DNA of 64,000 nt from the human T2T-CHM13v2.0 reference genome, Homo sapiens: assembly GCF_009914755.1 (NCBI RefSeq), contig NC_060928.1. One strand, 5' to 3'. The position numbers and the translations under genes were made by a program. This document shows, piece by piece, positions 15,636-29,170 of the stretch. The notes below the pieces were generated by a model, which was given only the letters and a program-made list of their open reading frames with translations, made no database searches and was not told the DNA's origin. The first letter of the stretch is position 1. The number at the start of each line of letters is the position of its first letter.

Positions 15636-16703
15636 CTGTCCATTTATTTTTTTAATTCAGAATTTTAAAATATTATTAAACAGTACTATAATACTTTGGG
15701 GAATTAAAAACAAGAGAAGAATGAAAATTTTGCTAATAAGGGACAAGAGTATTGAGTGACAGGCAATTTCAAAACCAAATGATTCTATCTTTTCACATAG
15801 CTGTCATAGCTTCACCACCAAGAAAATTGTCACATTTTTAGAGAAGCCCCTAATTTCAAAAGAATTTCTGCCAACTTCTTTCACTGTGTTTTATTTCACC
15901 TGACAAAAGTGTTTACCTCATGTGATTGGAACAGTTTCATAGCAGTAATTAAGAAAATGTAATGAACAGAGGTTGGTAGCAAAACACTTTATTATTGAGT
16001 TTTGCTTATGTCTTTTCACCGTGTGGTTTATAAATTCAAAATATTATTGGCATTTATAAATAAAATAGACTCTCACATAAAAATAATAATATCTAGTAAG
16101 TACTAGCTCATAAATAAAATTTCTTATATTTTTCAATGAAATGTATTCCTTAATTGCGAAAATCACCAACCTGAATTTAGCACACTAAATATCTTCAGGT
16201 GCAATTTTTATTTGAGTCACCATTCTTCTTTCTTCAACTACATGTTTCTGTTACTTGTTGTTTCACCTTCCTTCCTATAAATATATATCACAGCCTATAT
16301 TTCCATGGCAACACTGCTCTGTTCTGCCAGTTATCATGAAATAAAAAAATGGGAATGTGTTCCCTATGGTAAACAGTTAGCTCAACAGAAACTATCAACC
16401 ATGGGTGAGAAATTTACTGGTATATTATCTATGCCATGTGATCATGGAAAACCTGAGTTTATGAAAAAAACAGAAATTTTGTATATTTACCTGAGAACTT
16501 TATCATATCAAATTGCATTTTGGAAGATCAAGCAGTCAAAAATATGCTACTTACCTGTATTAAATCAGAATATCCCACTATTTGTTATGCAATGAGTTTG
16601 TGGTATACTAATAAACTTACATGTTAAGAAATGTTTCAGGAATGAAGACATTTGTAAATGCTTATTTAAATAATGTAAGTCATTACTGAAGAACTTAGAA
16701 TAT

Positions 16704-17207
16704 TTTCAAAAAATGTGAAGGTCTGGGGTTTTATCCCACTTGCAAGCTAACAAGTTAACTTGACACAGTTTCATGGATGCTGACAAAAGTCATTAAAGTC
16801 CTGGGTCAGAGACAAATTATTTTATTATTCATGGCCCACCAGGAAGCATGAGCATCAGCATATTTTTGATAGTTGCCTTCGTTCTTATGTTTCACAGAAG
16901 CAATGTGAATACGCCCAGAGGCAGCCAGCATATGCAGCAGGTTGCATTACAACAGAAGAGCTCTAAGTTTAGGAAACCCAAATTTCTTATAATGGACAGT
17001 AAGCATGCTTTTTCTTTATTGAAGAAGTATTACATTGAATAGCATCTATGCCTTACATTTGCTCCAGAGGAAGACAATATGTCTATTTCCCAAGCTGTTC
17101 ACTATAATAACGTATTTGAAAAGATAGTCCAGATTAAATGGCATCCTGTGTCTCCACTCAGAAGACATTCAGAAATACAATAGTCTATGGAGAATTGTCT
17201 CCTAACA
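16704..17207 (-). mobile_element. LTR40-family solo LTR
   Basis: Reverse strand begins tgttaggagacaattctccat…; contains cttgcaagctaacaag…agtttcatggatgctg…cctgggtcagagacaaa; homologous to 50121-50619. Confidence 0.8.
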
Positions 17208-17281
17208 GTCCTTCCATATGCTTATTTCCATTGTAAATCTTTAAGGAGTAAGATGTTCTAAATCTAATTTGCATATCAAAA

Positions 17282-17318
17282 GTGTGTGTGTGTGTGTGTG
17301 TTTGTGTGTGATGTGTGA
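17282..17318. repeat. (TG)n
   Basis: Directly visible. Confidence 0.9.
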
Positions 17319-19536
17319 AATCTTAGTAAGAGGATGTAGAAATCAAGAAAAAATTGAAGTAAAATTTTTTTCAGTGCTGGATATTTTCAAACAACTTAAC
17401 ATTCCTCTACTGTTGCATTCTCAATTATTTTAATGTGTAATGGGAAATAGGAGCATAGGAGCTTTTCATTCGATTTAGTAAAAATATTTATTTAGGTATA
17501 ATGGCCTATATTTGAATACCATCTCCAATATTAACTGTTTAGATGTCAAGAAAAAAAAAAAAGAAAAACTCTCTGAACTTCAGGCTTTTCTTCCTGTGGA
17601 ATTTTACCATATGAATTCAATTTTTTGACTAAATGAAATAATGCATGTAAATAACTTAATGTCTGCCTAATAAATACATATTTTCTATATAATTATATTA
17701 ATATATTATTATAGAATACTATATCTTATATTAATTTCTATGGTATTATAATTTGAGTAATTATGAAATAAACCTGAAAATTATAAAATTAAAGTAAGGG
17801 TAAAGTAAAAACTGAATTAAATATTTGTGCATGCACAGAGGCACATGCATATATATATATATATAAGACAATATTCATTAGAAAATATCAAACAGGGACA
17901 TAGAAGAATGCTGTCACCAAGATGGCAAAGTACCAGCCCTCAATCCCACCACATAAGAACAAATATAGACAGCTATCCAAATATCAAAATAGCCCCAAAA
18001 AGGCTCAAGGATCCATTAAAATCTGCAGCAACACAGTAGAGTGAAAAACTGGAGAATATCCACATAGATTGCTGGTGAGATTCACATACCTTAGACACCA
18101 AGAGACAGCTAGGAGCAAAATAGAAAGGCAAAAGCTATTGGTATCAGTCATGCAGCAGGAATCACTGTGGTCCTCAGTGGCCTGCTCCACAAAGGACACT
18201 GGCATCTTTTGCTATGAAGGTAATCAACATTCATTTCTACCAGAAAACCCCAGAGATGGAGATATGGCTGCCTCAGTCCTCGCCTACCCAAGGAGTGGAC
18301 ACCGTTGAGCTGCTTTGAGAAATAAACCACGACCTCTCCCAAACCCATGAGTCCCCTAACCTTGGAGCCATGGCTAAAATGAGAGTGCCCACACTCTCAA
18401 CCCAGGCTCTGTGGCTGTGGTGAGCCAACCCACCTTTCAGACACTAGGGCCATTATCATAGTATGCTAGTTTGCACTATGTGTTCCAGAGGCTAGTTCTT
18501 GTTACATGTGCCAAACTCCAGGCACCAGCTCAGCTGCCATCAAAACTAGTCCCTGCCTGGACACCAGACCCTTTCTAATACTGCTCATGCCTGAGTTCCT
18601 GTTCTTGGCTCCCTCATTACTTCACAAATATCCATGTTTTGCATACTGTTACCAGTGCAGTAGGAGGGATGCCTGTGTCTTAGACGTCAGTGCCAATACA
18701 GACATGGATCTCCAGAGTTATAGTCTTCCATGCATGACTATACTTCAGTCCTCAGCTGTGTGGCTACTCAATGGACACCACTCATCAAAGACACCAGGTG
18801 CTACTGCCACCAAAAGTGAACCCATAAGTGAGACCCAATGCCAAGAGGGGCCACATCAGCCACAACTTTCCAGTGGGAGAATAATTGATTGGGAGGATGT
18901 TAGAAGCCACTGCCACTAAAGACCCCAACAACCCTTGCTGCCACTGAAGACATCCACAGCATTGGTGCCTGAAGATCCCTGCAATCTTCATCAATACCAT
19001 CCACAACTCAGAGCTACACAAAGACTACACCTGTGTCCACACAGGTGCCAGAAGCCCTACAACAGATCTAGCAAGTGCCCTTGCATCCATCCACCCCAAA
19101 GGGGAGAGAAGGTTTTTCCTTGGAAAAACTAGCCTGTAAAATGCTAGACATCAAAGTAAGGCAATAAAAATCCATGAAAAAAACACACAAACAAAGAAAC
19201 ATAACACCACTAAAATAACACAATAATTCCCAGTATCTGACTCCAAAGAAATGGCACTATATAAACTGCCTGACAAATGTTTAAATAATTGTTTTTAAAA
19301 GCTAAACAAACTTTTTTAAAAATGCAAATAGATGATTCAACAAAATTACAAAAACAAAAAAGGTCTAAAATTAGAAATTAACAGAGAGAATATATATATA
19401 TATTTCCAGAATTTCTGGAACAAACAGAAATTCTGGAAATAAAAATAAATAGAATGAAGTGAAAATGTGAAATAGAGTGTTAAAGGCAGAAACCTGTTTC
19501 CAGTTTGTTAAAGAATATAAACTGGTACTTTCTATC

Positions 19537-20678
19537 ACACTAGTACCTGATATGTCCAGGTGGAGTCTCCTGAAGGTAGCAATTTTAAGAAAGAGATTGT
19601 TGTTGACTTATAGGGCTATCTGCTGCTCATAAGAGATGAAGAGGGGCCCCTAGAAGGCGTAGTTTGCCATGCAGGTGTATGCTGTTATGTTTTTCCACAG
19701 CTTGGAGAATGTGGTAAGCTTGCAGACTGTTTGCCACTACTACAGTTGAATGGCCAACTACCAGAACACAAGGGAGATTCTTCTAGTTCTGATGGGAACT
19801 CAAGATGCCATAAGTTCCACTAACCCAAAGGTCATCGATGACACCAGGGTGAAGAAGCCCTCTAATGACCTAAAACGGTGCATGTACTACGAGATGTGTG
19901 CTACACACAGGCTAAAAGTGGAGAAGGTCTTCCAGGACATTGACCAAAAAATTGTTGCCACAAGGAGCTATTTCTCCTCTGTCCCATCAAATCCCAGCAC
20001 CAGCCAGAAGGAACTTTAGATTGACGTTCCTTCTACTGCCAACAAGCCTATGCCCAATCATAAGCAGTCCAAGTGCCAGTCCAACCTTTTCACCTCTTGA
20101 AAATGGAGTGACCCAGACAAAGAGAAGAAAGGCCTGAAAAGTCACATGGACAGCATGGGGAGCAGCTGAGCCATCCCAGTTAAACAGGACTTGCCCTTCT
20201 TTGTCTTTGCACTAAGAGCCAGTACTTATCTCCAGCCTGCTGTAGCCTATGTCCATTATCCTCCCCCTGGCCAGGGCCGAGGGATGGTCAGACCAGCCTG
20301 CATTGTGCTGAAAGCCCACAATCATCCCAGCTTTCCAGGCCTTAATCAACTGGTGGTGGGAGTGAACTCTGGATTGGCTGATTGCTCCCAGACTGCCACT
20401 GTTTGTCCTGACTTCAATGCATCTCTGATAGACCTTTGACGCCTTGCAACAAAGAGTTTATAGGAGGGAGAACTGTAGAAATGGAGTGCTCCTCAAGAAA
20501 GCTGGGCAACTCACAAAATACCCCTTAATTTCTATAACAGGCAATTCACTCCACAAAGGAAGGAAATCAATGAGAGTTTACACTTTTTCTTTGAGGAAAC
20601 TTTCTTTAAAGAAAAAAATCATTTACAGGAGCTTTGCATATTTTGGGTACAAGCAATGGTAGAAACATAAGACATTAA
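19537..20678 (+). pseudogene. AGAP1 (pseudogene): Processed pseudogene of AGAP1 (GTPase-like domain plus short-isoform alternative last exon and 3'UTR)
   Basis: From 19551: YVQVESPEGSNFKKEIVVDL*GYLLLIRDE…FAMQVYAVMF…[39 protein letters not shown]…[15 protein letters not shown]…[34 protein letters not shown]…SNLFTS*KWSDPDKEKKGL…AIPVKQDLPFFVFALRASTYLQP; intronless, with several stops and a frameshift. Confidence 0.92.
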
Positions 20679-21261
20679 AAAGCAAAAGAAAGAATCTCTG
20701 AACTAAATGATAGTTTATTGAAATACATACAGCCAGAGGAAAAAAAATAAAAAGGAATAAAGAAAGCTCATGGAATTTGTGGGACAGCATCGAAAGAACA
20801 AATATTCAACTTACAGGAATTCAAAAAGAAGAAAAGCACAAAAGTGCATAAAGCTTATTTTAAAAAATCATAGCAGAAAACTTTCCAAATCTGGGGAAGG
20901 GTATAAAAATCCAGTTACAGCAAGATAAAAGTTTCCAAACAGATTCAATTCAAAGACTACACTAAGGCATATTGTCAAAAACCAAAGACAAGGAGAGGAT
21001 CCTGAAAGCAGCAAGAGAAAAGATGCAAATCACTTATGAAAGAGTTGTAATAATGCTAACAGCAGATTTCTCAGAAGAAATTTTGCATGTTAAGAGAGAG
21101 TGGAATGATATATTCAAGGTGCTGCAGTTAAACTGTCAATCAAGGGTATTTCATCCAGGAAAACTATTCTTCAGAAATAAGGAGGGATAAAGATGTCCCC
21201 AGACAAACAAAATCTGAGGGAAAATATCACCAACAGACATGTCTTTTAAGAAATACTAAAG

Positions 21262-21555
21262 AGTCTGGCATGGTGACTCGTGCCTGTAATCTCAGCACTT
21301 TGGGAGGTCAAGGCAGGCAGATAACTTGAGGTCAGGAGTTCAAGACCAGCCTGGCCAAATTAGCAAAACCCTGTCTCTACTGAAAATGCAAAAATTAGCC
21401 AGGTGTAGTGGCACACACCTGTAATTCCAGCTACTCAGGAGGCTGAGGCATGATAATGGCTTGAACCTAGGAGGCAGAGTTTGCAGTGAGCCAAGATTGT
21501 GCCATTGCACTCCAACCCTGGTGACAGAGCAAGAGTCCTCCAAAAAAAAAAAAAA
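21262..21555 (+). mobile_element. AluS inserted in L1 ORF1
   Basis: Full dimer; TSD aagaaatactaaag (21248-21261) / aagaaaaactagag (21782-21795). Confidence 0.95.
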
Positions 21556-21785
21556 GGAAGGAAGGAAGGAAGGAAAGGAAGGAAGGAAGGAAAGGAAGGA
21601 AGGAAAGGAAGGAAGGAAAGGAAAGAAGGAAAGAAAGGAAGGAACGAAGGAAAGGAAGGAAGGAAAGGAAGGAAGGAAAGAAAGGAAGGAACGAAGGAAA
21701 GGAAGGAATGGAAGGAAGGAAGGGAAGGAAGGAAGGGAAGGAAGGAAGGGAGGGTGGGAAGGAAGAAAGAAAAAGAAAGAAAAGA
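21556..21785 (+). repeat. Interrupted (GGAA)n/(GAAA)n purine tract grown from the Alu tail
   Basis: About 230 bp of ggaa/ggaaa units between the Alu polyA and the right TSD. Confidence 0.95.
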
Positions 21786-24557
21786 AAAACTAGAGGGAGT
21801 TATTTAGTTATTTCAGCTGAAAGAAAAGCATGGTAATTAGTAAAATGAAAACATATAAAAGCAAACTCTTACTAATAAAAATGAGTATACAAATTCAAAA
21901 TAATCTAACTCTCATGGTGGTGCATAAACCATTTCTGTCTGAAGCATGAAGGTTAAGAGATAAAACAATTAAAAAATGACTGCAATGATACATTAAGAAA
22001 TGTAAAATTTAAAATGTAATTTGTGACATAAATCATCAAATGTGGAGTGATGGAGTAAAAATGTACAGTTTTTTAAATGTAATCAAAGTTAGTTAATTTA
22101 TCATCAGCTTAACTAACCTGTTGCAACTATAAGATATTTTATGTAATTCTTACAGTAAGAAAAGGCAAAAACATATAGTAGATATATAAAACACAACAAG
22201 TAAGGAATCAAAGCATACCACTATAGAAAATCACCTAAATACAAAAGAAGATAGGATGATAGGACAAGAGGAAGAAAGGAATAAAGAATCTACAAAACAA
22301 CTGAAAAAGAATGAACAAAATGACAGTAGTAAGTCCTTACCTATCAGTGATTACCTCGAATGTAAATGAATTAAATTATCCAATAAAAAGACATGGAGTA
22401 AAAGAATGGACATTAGACAAAAGAGGTCAATCTATATGCTGGCTACAAAAGACTCATATCACCTTTAAGGACAAACACAGATTGAATATGAAAAGTTGTA
22501 AAGAATATTCCATACAACTAGAAACCAAAAGATGCGGAGGTAGTTATGTTTATATCAGACAAAATAGACTTTAAGTAAAAAATTTTAAAAATAGAAAAGG
22601 TTATTACATATTGGCAAAGGAATCAATTCATCCAGAAGACATAAAATTATAAATATGTATGTACTCAACACCAAAGCACTTAACTGTATAAAGCAAATAT
22701 TAACAAATTGGGGCAATACAGTAATACTAGGAGACTTCAAAACAAGATTGTTAACAATGGCCAGATCATCCATACAGAAAATCAGTAAAGAAATATTGGA
22801 TTTGAACTACATTTTAGATCAAATGGACCTAACAGACACATAAAGAACATTCCATCCAACAACTGTAGAGTACACATTGTTCTCAAGTGCACAAGGAACA
22901 TTTTCCAGGATAGATCAGATGTCATGCCACCAAATAGGTCTTAACAAATTTGAAAAGACTGAAATTATATCAAGTATCCTTCTTAACCACAATCATATTT
23001 AACTACAAATAAATAATAGAAATATTTTTGTAACATTCATGAATATGTGGAAATTAGATGCCATGCTCCTAAACAACCAGAGTCAAAAAATCAAAAGCAA
23101 AATTTAAAAAAAGAAAAAGTTGAAAAAAACAAAAAGGGAAAAAACACACAAAAACTCATGAGATATAGAAAAAGCAGTCCTAAGAGGTGCTTTATAGCAA
23201 TAGACACCTACATCAAAAAATAAGGACAATTCAGAATAACCTAATATTACCTCAAGAAACTAGGAAAAGAAACTAAGTCAAAAGTTAAGGAAGAAAATAA
23301 AGATCAGAGCAGAAATAAATGGAACAGAGACTAGAAAAATGATAGAAAATATCAACAAAACTAATATTCAGTTTTCTGGAAATGAAAAAAATTGACAAAA
23401 CTTTAGCTAGACTAAGAAAAAATGAGAGAGGGTGTGGATGAATAGAGTTCAAAATAAAAGAGGAGACATTTCTTTGATACCATAGAAATACAAATGATCA
23501 TAAAAGACTACTATGAACAATTATATGCCCATAAATTGGATAACCTGGAAGAGATGAATAAAGCCTCAGATGCATACAATCTAATACACAAAATCTACTA
23601 AGACTGAATCATGAAGAAATTTAAATTCCCAACAGAACAATGAATAAGGAGATTGAATCAGTAATTAAAAAGTTTCCCATCAAAGAAAGCCCAAGACCTA
23701 ACAGGGTCACTGAATTCTACTGAACATTTAAAGAAGAAGGAAAAAAAAGCAATCTTTCTTAAACACTTCCAAAAAATTGAATTGAAAGGAACACTTCCAA
23801 ATTTATTTATTACAATGACACTAAAGCCAGACAAAGACACTACAAGAGAAAAAGATTACAGGCCAATATCCCTGATGAACACACATATATGCAAAAAAAA
23901 AAAACAACAAAATTTCCATTTCAAATAAGGACCAAATATAAGATAGAAACAAACATCAAAAAATAAGACTCAAAATAAACTTTAATTTTCAATATTTCAC
24001 GTTTGTTTTTAAATTAGCTATACATTTATGATCACAAAGTTGCTAACTGGTCCATCTTACTTACAGTCTGGAAGCAAAAATTGACATAGTGTTACAATTA
24101 AAAGCTGTAGTAAGGACAACCTTTAGAGAATAAAATTGACTGATCACATATTTTTTTCCTGCTCTAAATAGTTCCATCATATAGACACAGCATTGGCACA
24201 TCTTTCCTATTAGCTCATATTCTCAAGAGTGTATGAAAATAATGCCAATTATCAGTTTATATTATTTTTATTTGGTAAGAATGAATATTGTAATTTATAG
24301 AAAATGCAATGTATTAACATTTAATTATATAGTAATATGTTAAATAATTTATAACTAGAAAAAATATTTTTCCTTTATTAACATCAGAACAATGTTTCAA
24401 CCAAATTCCTTTTAAGAAGCATAGGGCTTAGATTAAAACTGACTTTAATGAAATCAGATTAATGGCATCTAAGAATGAAATTCAGACTTAGTGTGCTCAT
24501 TACTTGTGTTGTAGTCAATCGTTATACCCTATTTTTTTATTTTTCTATAGTAATTAA

Positions 24558-24985
<428 letters not shown>

Positions 24986-25229
24986 TAAACTACCAAAGCT
25001 CCAAAACACCTTGGCAGTGTTGCACTCATTAACGAGTTTGGCATAAAAATTCTCCAGATGAGATGTCAAACTAAGGTATTTTCTGTAAGTCAAAATTTTT
25101 ACTTGTGCTCTTTCCAGATGGCCTTATCTAAGCCATTATTTTTCAGTTTTCCATGGAACTAATGCTGAACTACACATTTGCTTAGAAATTACTTTGTTAG
25201 AATCATTAATATAAGAGAAAAAGACAAAT

Positions 25230-25690
25230 TTAATCTTGAAAGAGCTGAATTTGAGGTGTGTTGCAGACATCCAAGAGGTACTCCCAGCGAGTTAGGCAAA
25301 TATGTAGGTATGTTGTCCGGAGGCTAGGTCTTGACTGACACAATCTGGAAGTCATCTGCATATAGATAATAATTAAAGCTGTGAGTAAAGATGAGACTTC
25401 CTAGTGTAAGCATAGGGAAAAAAAGGTTTCAGATTCACTTGAGGAACACAAACATTTGGTAGAAAGAGAGGAACTGGCAAAAGTGACTGACATATGTGAT
25501 CTGAGAAGTAGGAGGAATCCAAGGGAAGAAAGTGTTACAGAAAGAGATAAATTGGTAAATGTAGTAAGTGTTGCTTGGAGTTGGAATATAATGAGGCATG
25601 AATAACATCTTTAGAATTTAATGGTACAGAAATCATAGTTAGCTTAGTGATTCTGAAATATTAGAAAAATGGAGATGAAACTGCACAAAA
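25230..25690 (-). mobile_element. L2 fragment
   Basis: tgaatttgaggtgtg…gacatccaag…ggaagtcatctgcatatagataataattaaagctgtgag. Confidence 0.7.
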
Positions 25691-25819
25691 TTATTTGAGT
25701 ATATTAACATAAATTTTATCTTCAGAGAATTAATGAATTTACTATATAATGTGAAGTGTAATGTAAAGTGGGAAAATGTTCCATCTCATCAGGCAGAAAT
25801 TGATTCTTTTACCTAATAG

Positions 25820-26236
<417 letters not shown>

Positions 26237-28947
26237 AGCCCCGAACTTACAACACATTGAGTCCAAGCTAAACTTCCTCAAAGTATGCATCTTTCGTGAG
26301 TCTCAATATCTTCTTGAGTAATTTAGGTTTAGTAGAATAACTAACTTATTTCTCAGAACTGTTTTAAGGATTCAAAAATGAAAAAATTAGGATATGTACA
26401 GGATAATGTTCTTTATCTACAACGTCATAGGCAAATAAATTATATAAGAGACAGACTGTCTGGTTGTATGTAATAATGATCTGATATCATTATCTCCACT
26501 TCTGGTCTTGCTACCCAGTATTCAATCCTCTAAACTCTGCCTTGAAAATGTGTTATTTACATCTCCACAAAAAGATAAACGTATTGTACATTACATGTTC
26601 ATACATACCTAGAACCTTCCATTTAAGTACTGTCATGTCTTATTGTGGTCACGCAATAAATATTTCTTCCACTGGCTTTTAGAAATTGTAATTACTTGAA
26701 GTAAATAGTTACAAAGCAAATGAGTCAGTATTGACAGTTGCATCCTTTAAACCATGTTGAATCAGTGTAATCTGTACATTAATCTGAAGTCAAAATGCTG
26801 ACAGTTATTAAATACACTTATTTGATCTAGCTCTTTGTAAAACACAATTGTATTTTCTTTTCTTTCCTAGCTGCTTTGTTTTCTCCTGCTGCCTCTACCT
26901 TGGGTAAGTTAAGGATGGTCATGTTTCACTCAGTGCTAAAGGATATACAGACTTAGCTTAATAAATACCAAGTTGAAGCCTGACAGAAATCAGCTGTGCT
27001 CCTCTCCAGTTTGATGGCCCCTTTCCAGGTAGGTTTAATGTGCACATAAAATGTCAACTCTCTGAAATAATTTGTAGAAGATTAGTTCCATCGTGATTCA
27101 ATTTGATAAGAATGGGTATTAAGAACTACCTCAGTGGACTTATTTGCACTAGTCTGGCTTATTGGTCATTTCCATAAAGATCTCTGAAGTGTGGATGATA
27201 AACTAGCAGGAGGAAGAGCTCTTGAATCAGCAGCCCCCAGCCCTCTCAACCTGCCAGCCTTGTGGTTGCTGAATGTTTTCCATTTCCCTAATGTATTTAT
27301 CTGTTACACTTATGACCCCGGATTTAAATAGAGGGCTCTCACTGCTGGTCTTTGGCCTCCAGTTACAGCACCTGACTTCTAGTTGTCTTCATCATATTTT
27401 ATTTGTTTTAAAATAAGAGAGCTACACTGTTATTTATCATTTTAAAAGTGATACGCTGGAGGAAAATATATTAAAATAGGAAACATTTTTGCCCCTGAAT
27501 GATGGGATTATAGGTAATGTTTCTGTTTTGTTTTTGTTATTTTCTCTACTTTCAAATTCTTTAAATAACAGAAAAAAATTTCACATGAAATATATTTAAA
27601 ATGAACAATGAAGACTAATGCACCAGCCCCACAGATCATTAAAAATACCCCAAAATATTAAAACAAGAGTCCGTGTCAAACCTGGAAAAGATCCATTATC
27701 ATTTCAGTTGAGATTATGAGTGTCATCAAACTATAACACTTAACATATGAGAAAAATGTTAAGCAACTATACACATGGAGAATATTTCATAGTTCACAAT
27801 GAGGTAGCTTCAACTCAAAATACCCAAGGATTGAAAGTTATATTTTTCAAATAACACTTAATGATTATTTTGTGGACTGGAGCATTTCTGTAAAGCATTT
27901 GTTTTCACCATCTAATATCTTTAGAACACAACTCACATTCATTTATTTTACCCTCTTTTTTACCTCCCTGTTTTACGTTCTCTTTGAACTTAAAGGGACT
28001 AGTTCATATTCTCTAAAATTTTCCTTTTTTTCCTCCACATTGCCCTCTTCAAATGTTTTTCTACTTAAATCTTAGGATATACATTGAAACAGATTTTACA
28101 AACTCAGATAACTAAACTACAAAATTAGATGTTTAATATATTAGTATTCAGTACTTGGGTGACAAGACTGAATTAAGTTAGAAAAAAATGGGTTAGAAAA
28201 GTTAAACATAAGACAGGATTGCCATTTATACACATCTGATGGAAATGAGTATGGTGACAATGATCTTAGATGAAAATATTATATAACTGTATACTCATGG
28301 AACTGAAAGCTGCATAAAGAAGAAATTTTAAATCCATGTTTACTTATCTTCCTAAGTATAAATGATAGACTAGTACCAAAGTATGTTAGAGTTTCTCCAC
28401 TAGATTTCTGATAAGATACATGAGAAGTAGAATCCCTTCCAAGTGGTACTTACCTTATAGTGTGACTATTTTCCCTAACCCACTGACCACCCTTACTATT
28501 ACAGGGAAAACACACAGTTGTTTCCTGCTTTGCACTATCGACTCCTGGGCACTGCTGCTCCTGCTGCAATGCCGGCTTCCTCATAGTACCACAACACTTC
28601 AACTAGCCCTACTTATGCCTTTTCATGGTACTCCATTCTTCAATGTGCTGAAGTTACGTTTGGTTCATTGAGGGCAAAAGCTAATGCTTATTTATTTTTT
28701 ATACTATGTTTCATAAAGCTTATTTTTACCCCCACCCCAATTTTAGTAAATTTTTGGTTAAAAAGCACTATTGTAGATTTAACTTACTGATTCCTTTTTT
28801 TCCACGAGTACAGGAGGTAGATTGGTGAAGGATTTAAGTGACAGACACCACTTTGTGTCTCGCAATAAAATTATTTCTTCTCTCCAAACATGATACTCTC
28901 TTATGCAGTCAAGTTTGATATCCTTGAATTCATCTTAACTGAAAAAC

Positions 28948-29170
28948 AATTGTATAGCACTTAATTTGTGCCAAGTGCTGTTGTAAATACTCTCTTAACA
29001 TGAACTCATTTAATTCTCACTACAATAACAGAATCAGGTACTGTTATTAGCTTCATGTCACAAATGAGGAAGCTGTGGCACACAGAGGTAAGCAACTTGC
29101 TCAAGGTCACACAGCTAATAAAATAAAGACTTATACTTCAAACCCAGGTATTGTGTGCCCTTACTGCATC
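28948..29170 (-). mobile_element. MIR
   Basis: tcatttaattctcac…acaaatgaggaagctgtggcacacagaggtaagcaacttgctcaaggtcacacagcta. Confidence 0.85.

Larger units (their letters stand above)
17918..23910 (+). mobile_element. Old L1M (L1MA/L1M2-type): 5'UTR, ORF1 and ORF2 endonuclease region, 3'-truncated; interrupted by an AGAP1 retrocopy and an Alu
   Basis: Starts caagatggc; ORF1 SKTKDKERILKAAREK…LTADFSEE…REWNDIFKVL; ORF2 start MTVVSPYLSVITSNVNELNYPIKRH and ILGDFKT…DQMDLTD; ends near YRPISLMN. Confidence 0.9.

Noticed and set aside
21461-21807. Lys/Glu/Gly/Arg-rich ORFs of 110 and 102 aa
   Set aside because: They are translations of the Alu end plus the (GGAA)n tract.
12341-23910. L1 at 12.3-14.5 kb and L1 at 17.9-23.9 kb as one rearranged element
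   Set aside because: The order is wrong (3' part upstream), they appear to be different subfamilies, and there is no shared TSD.
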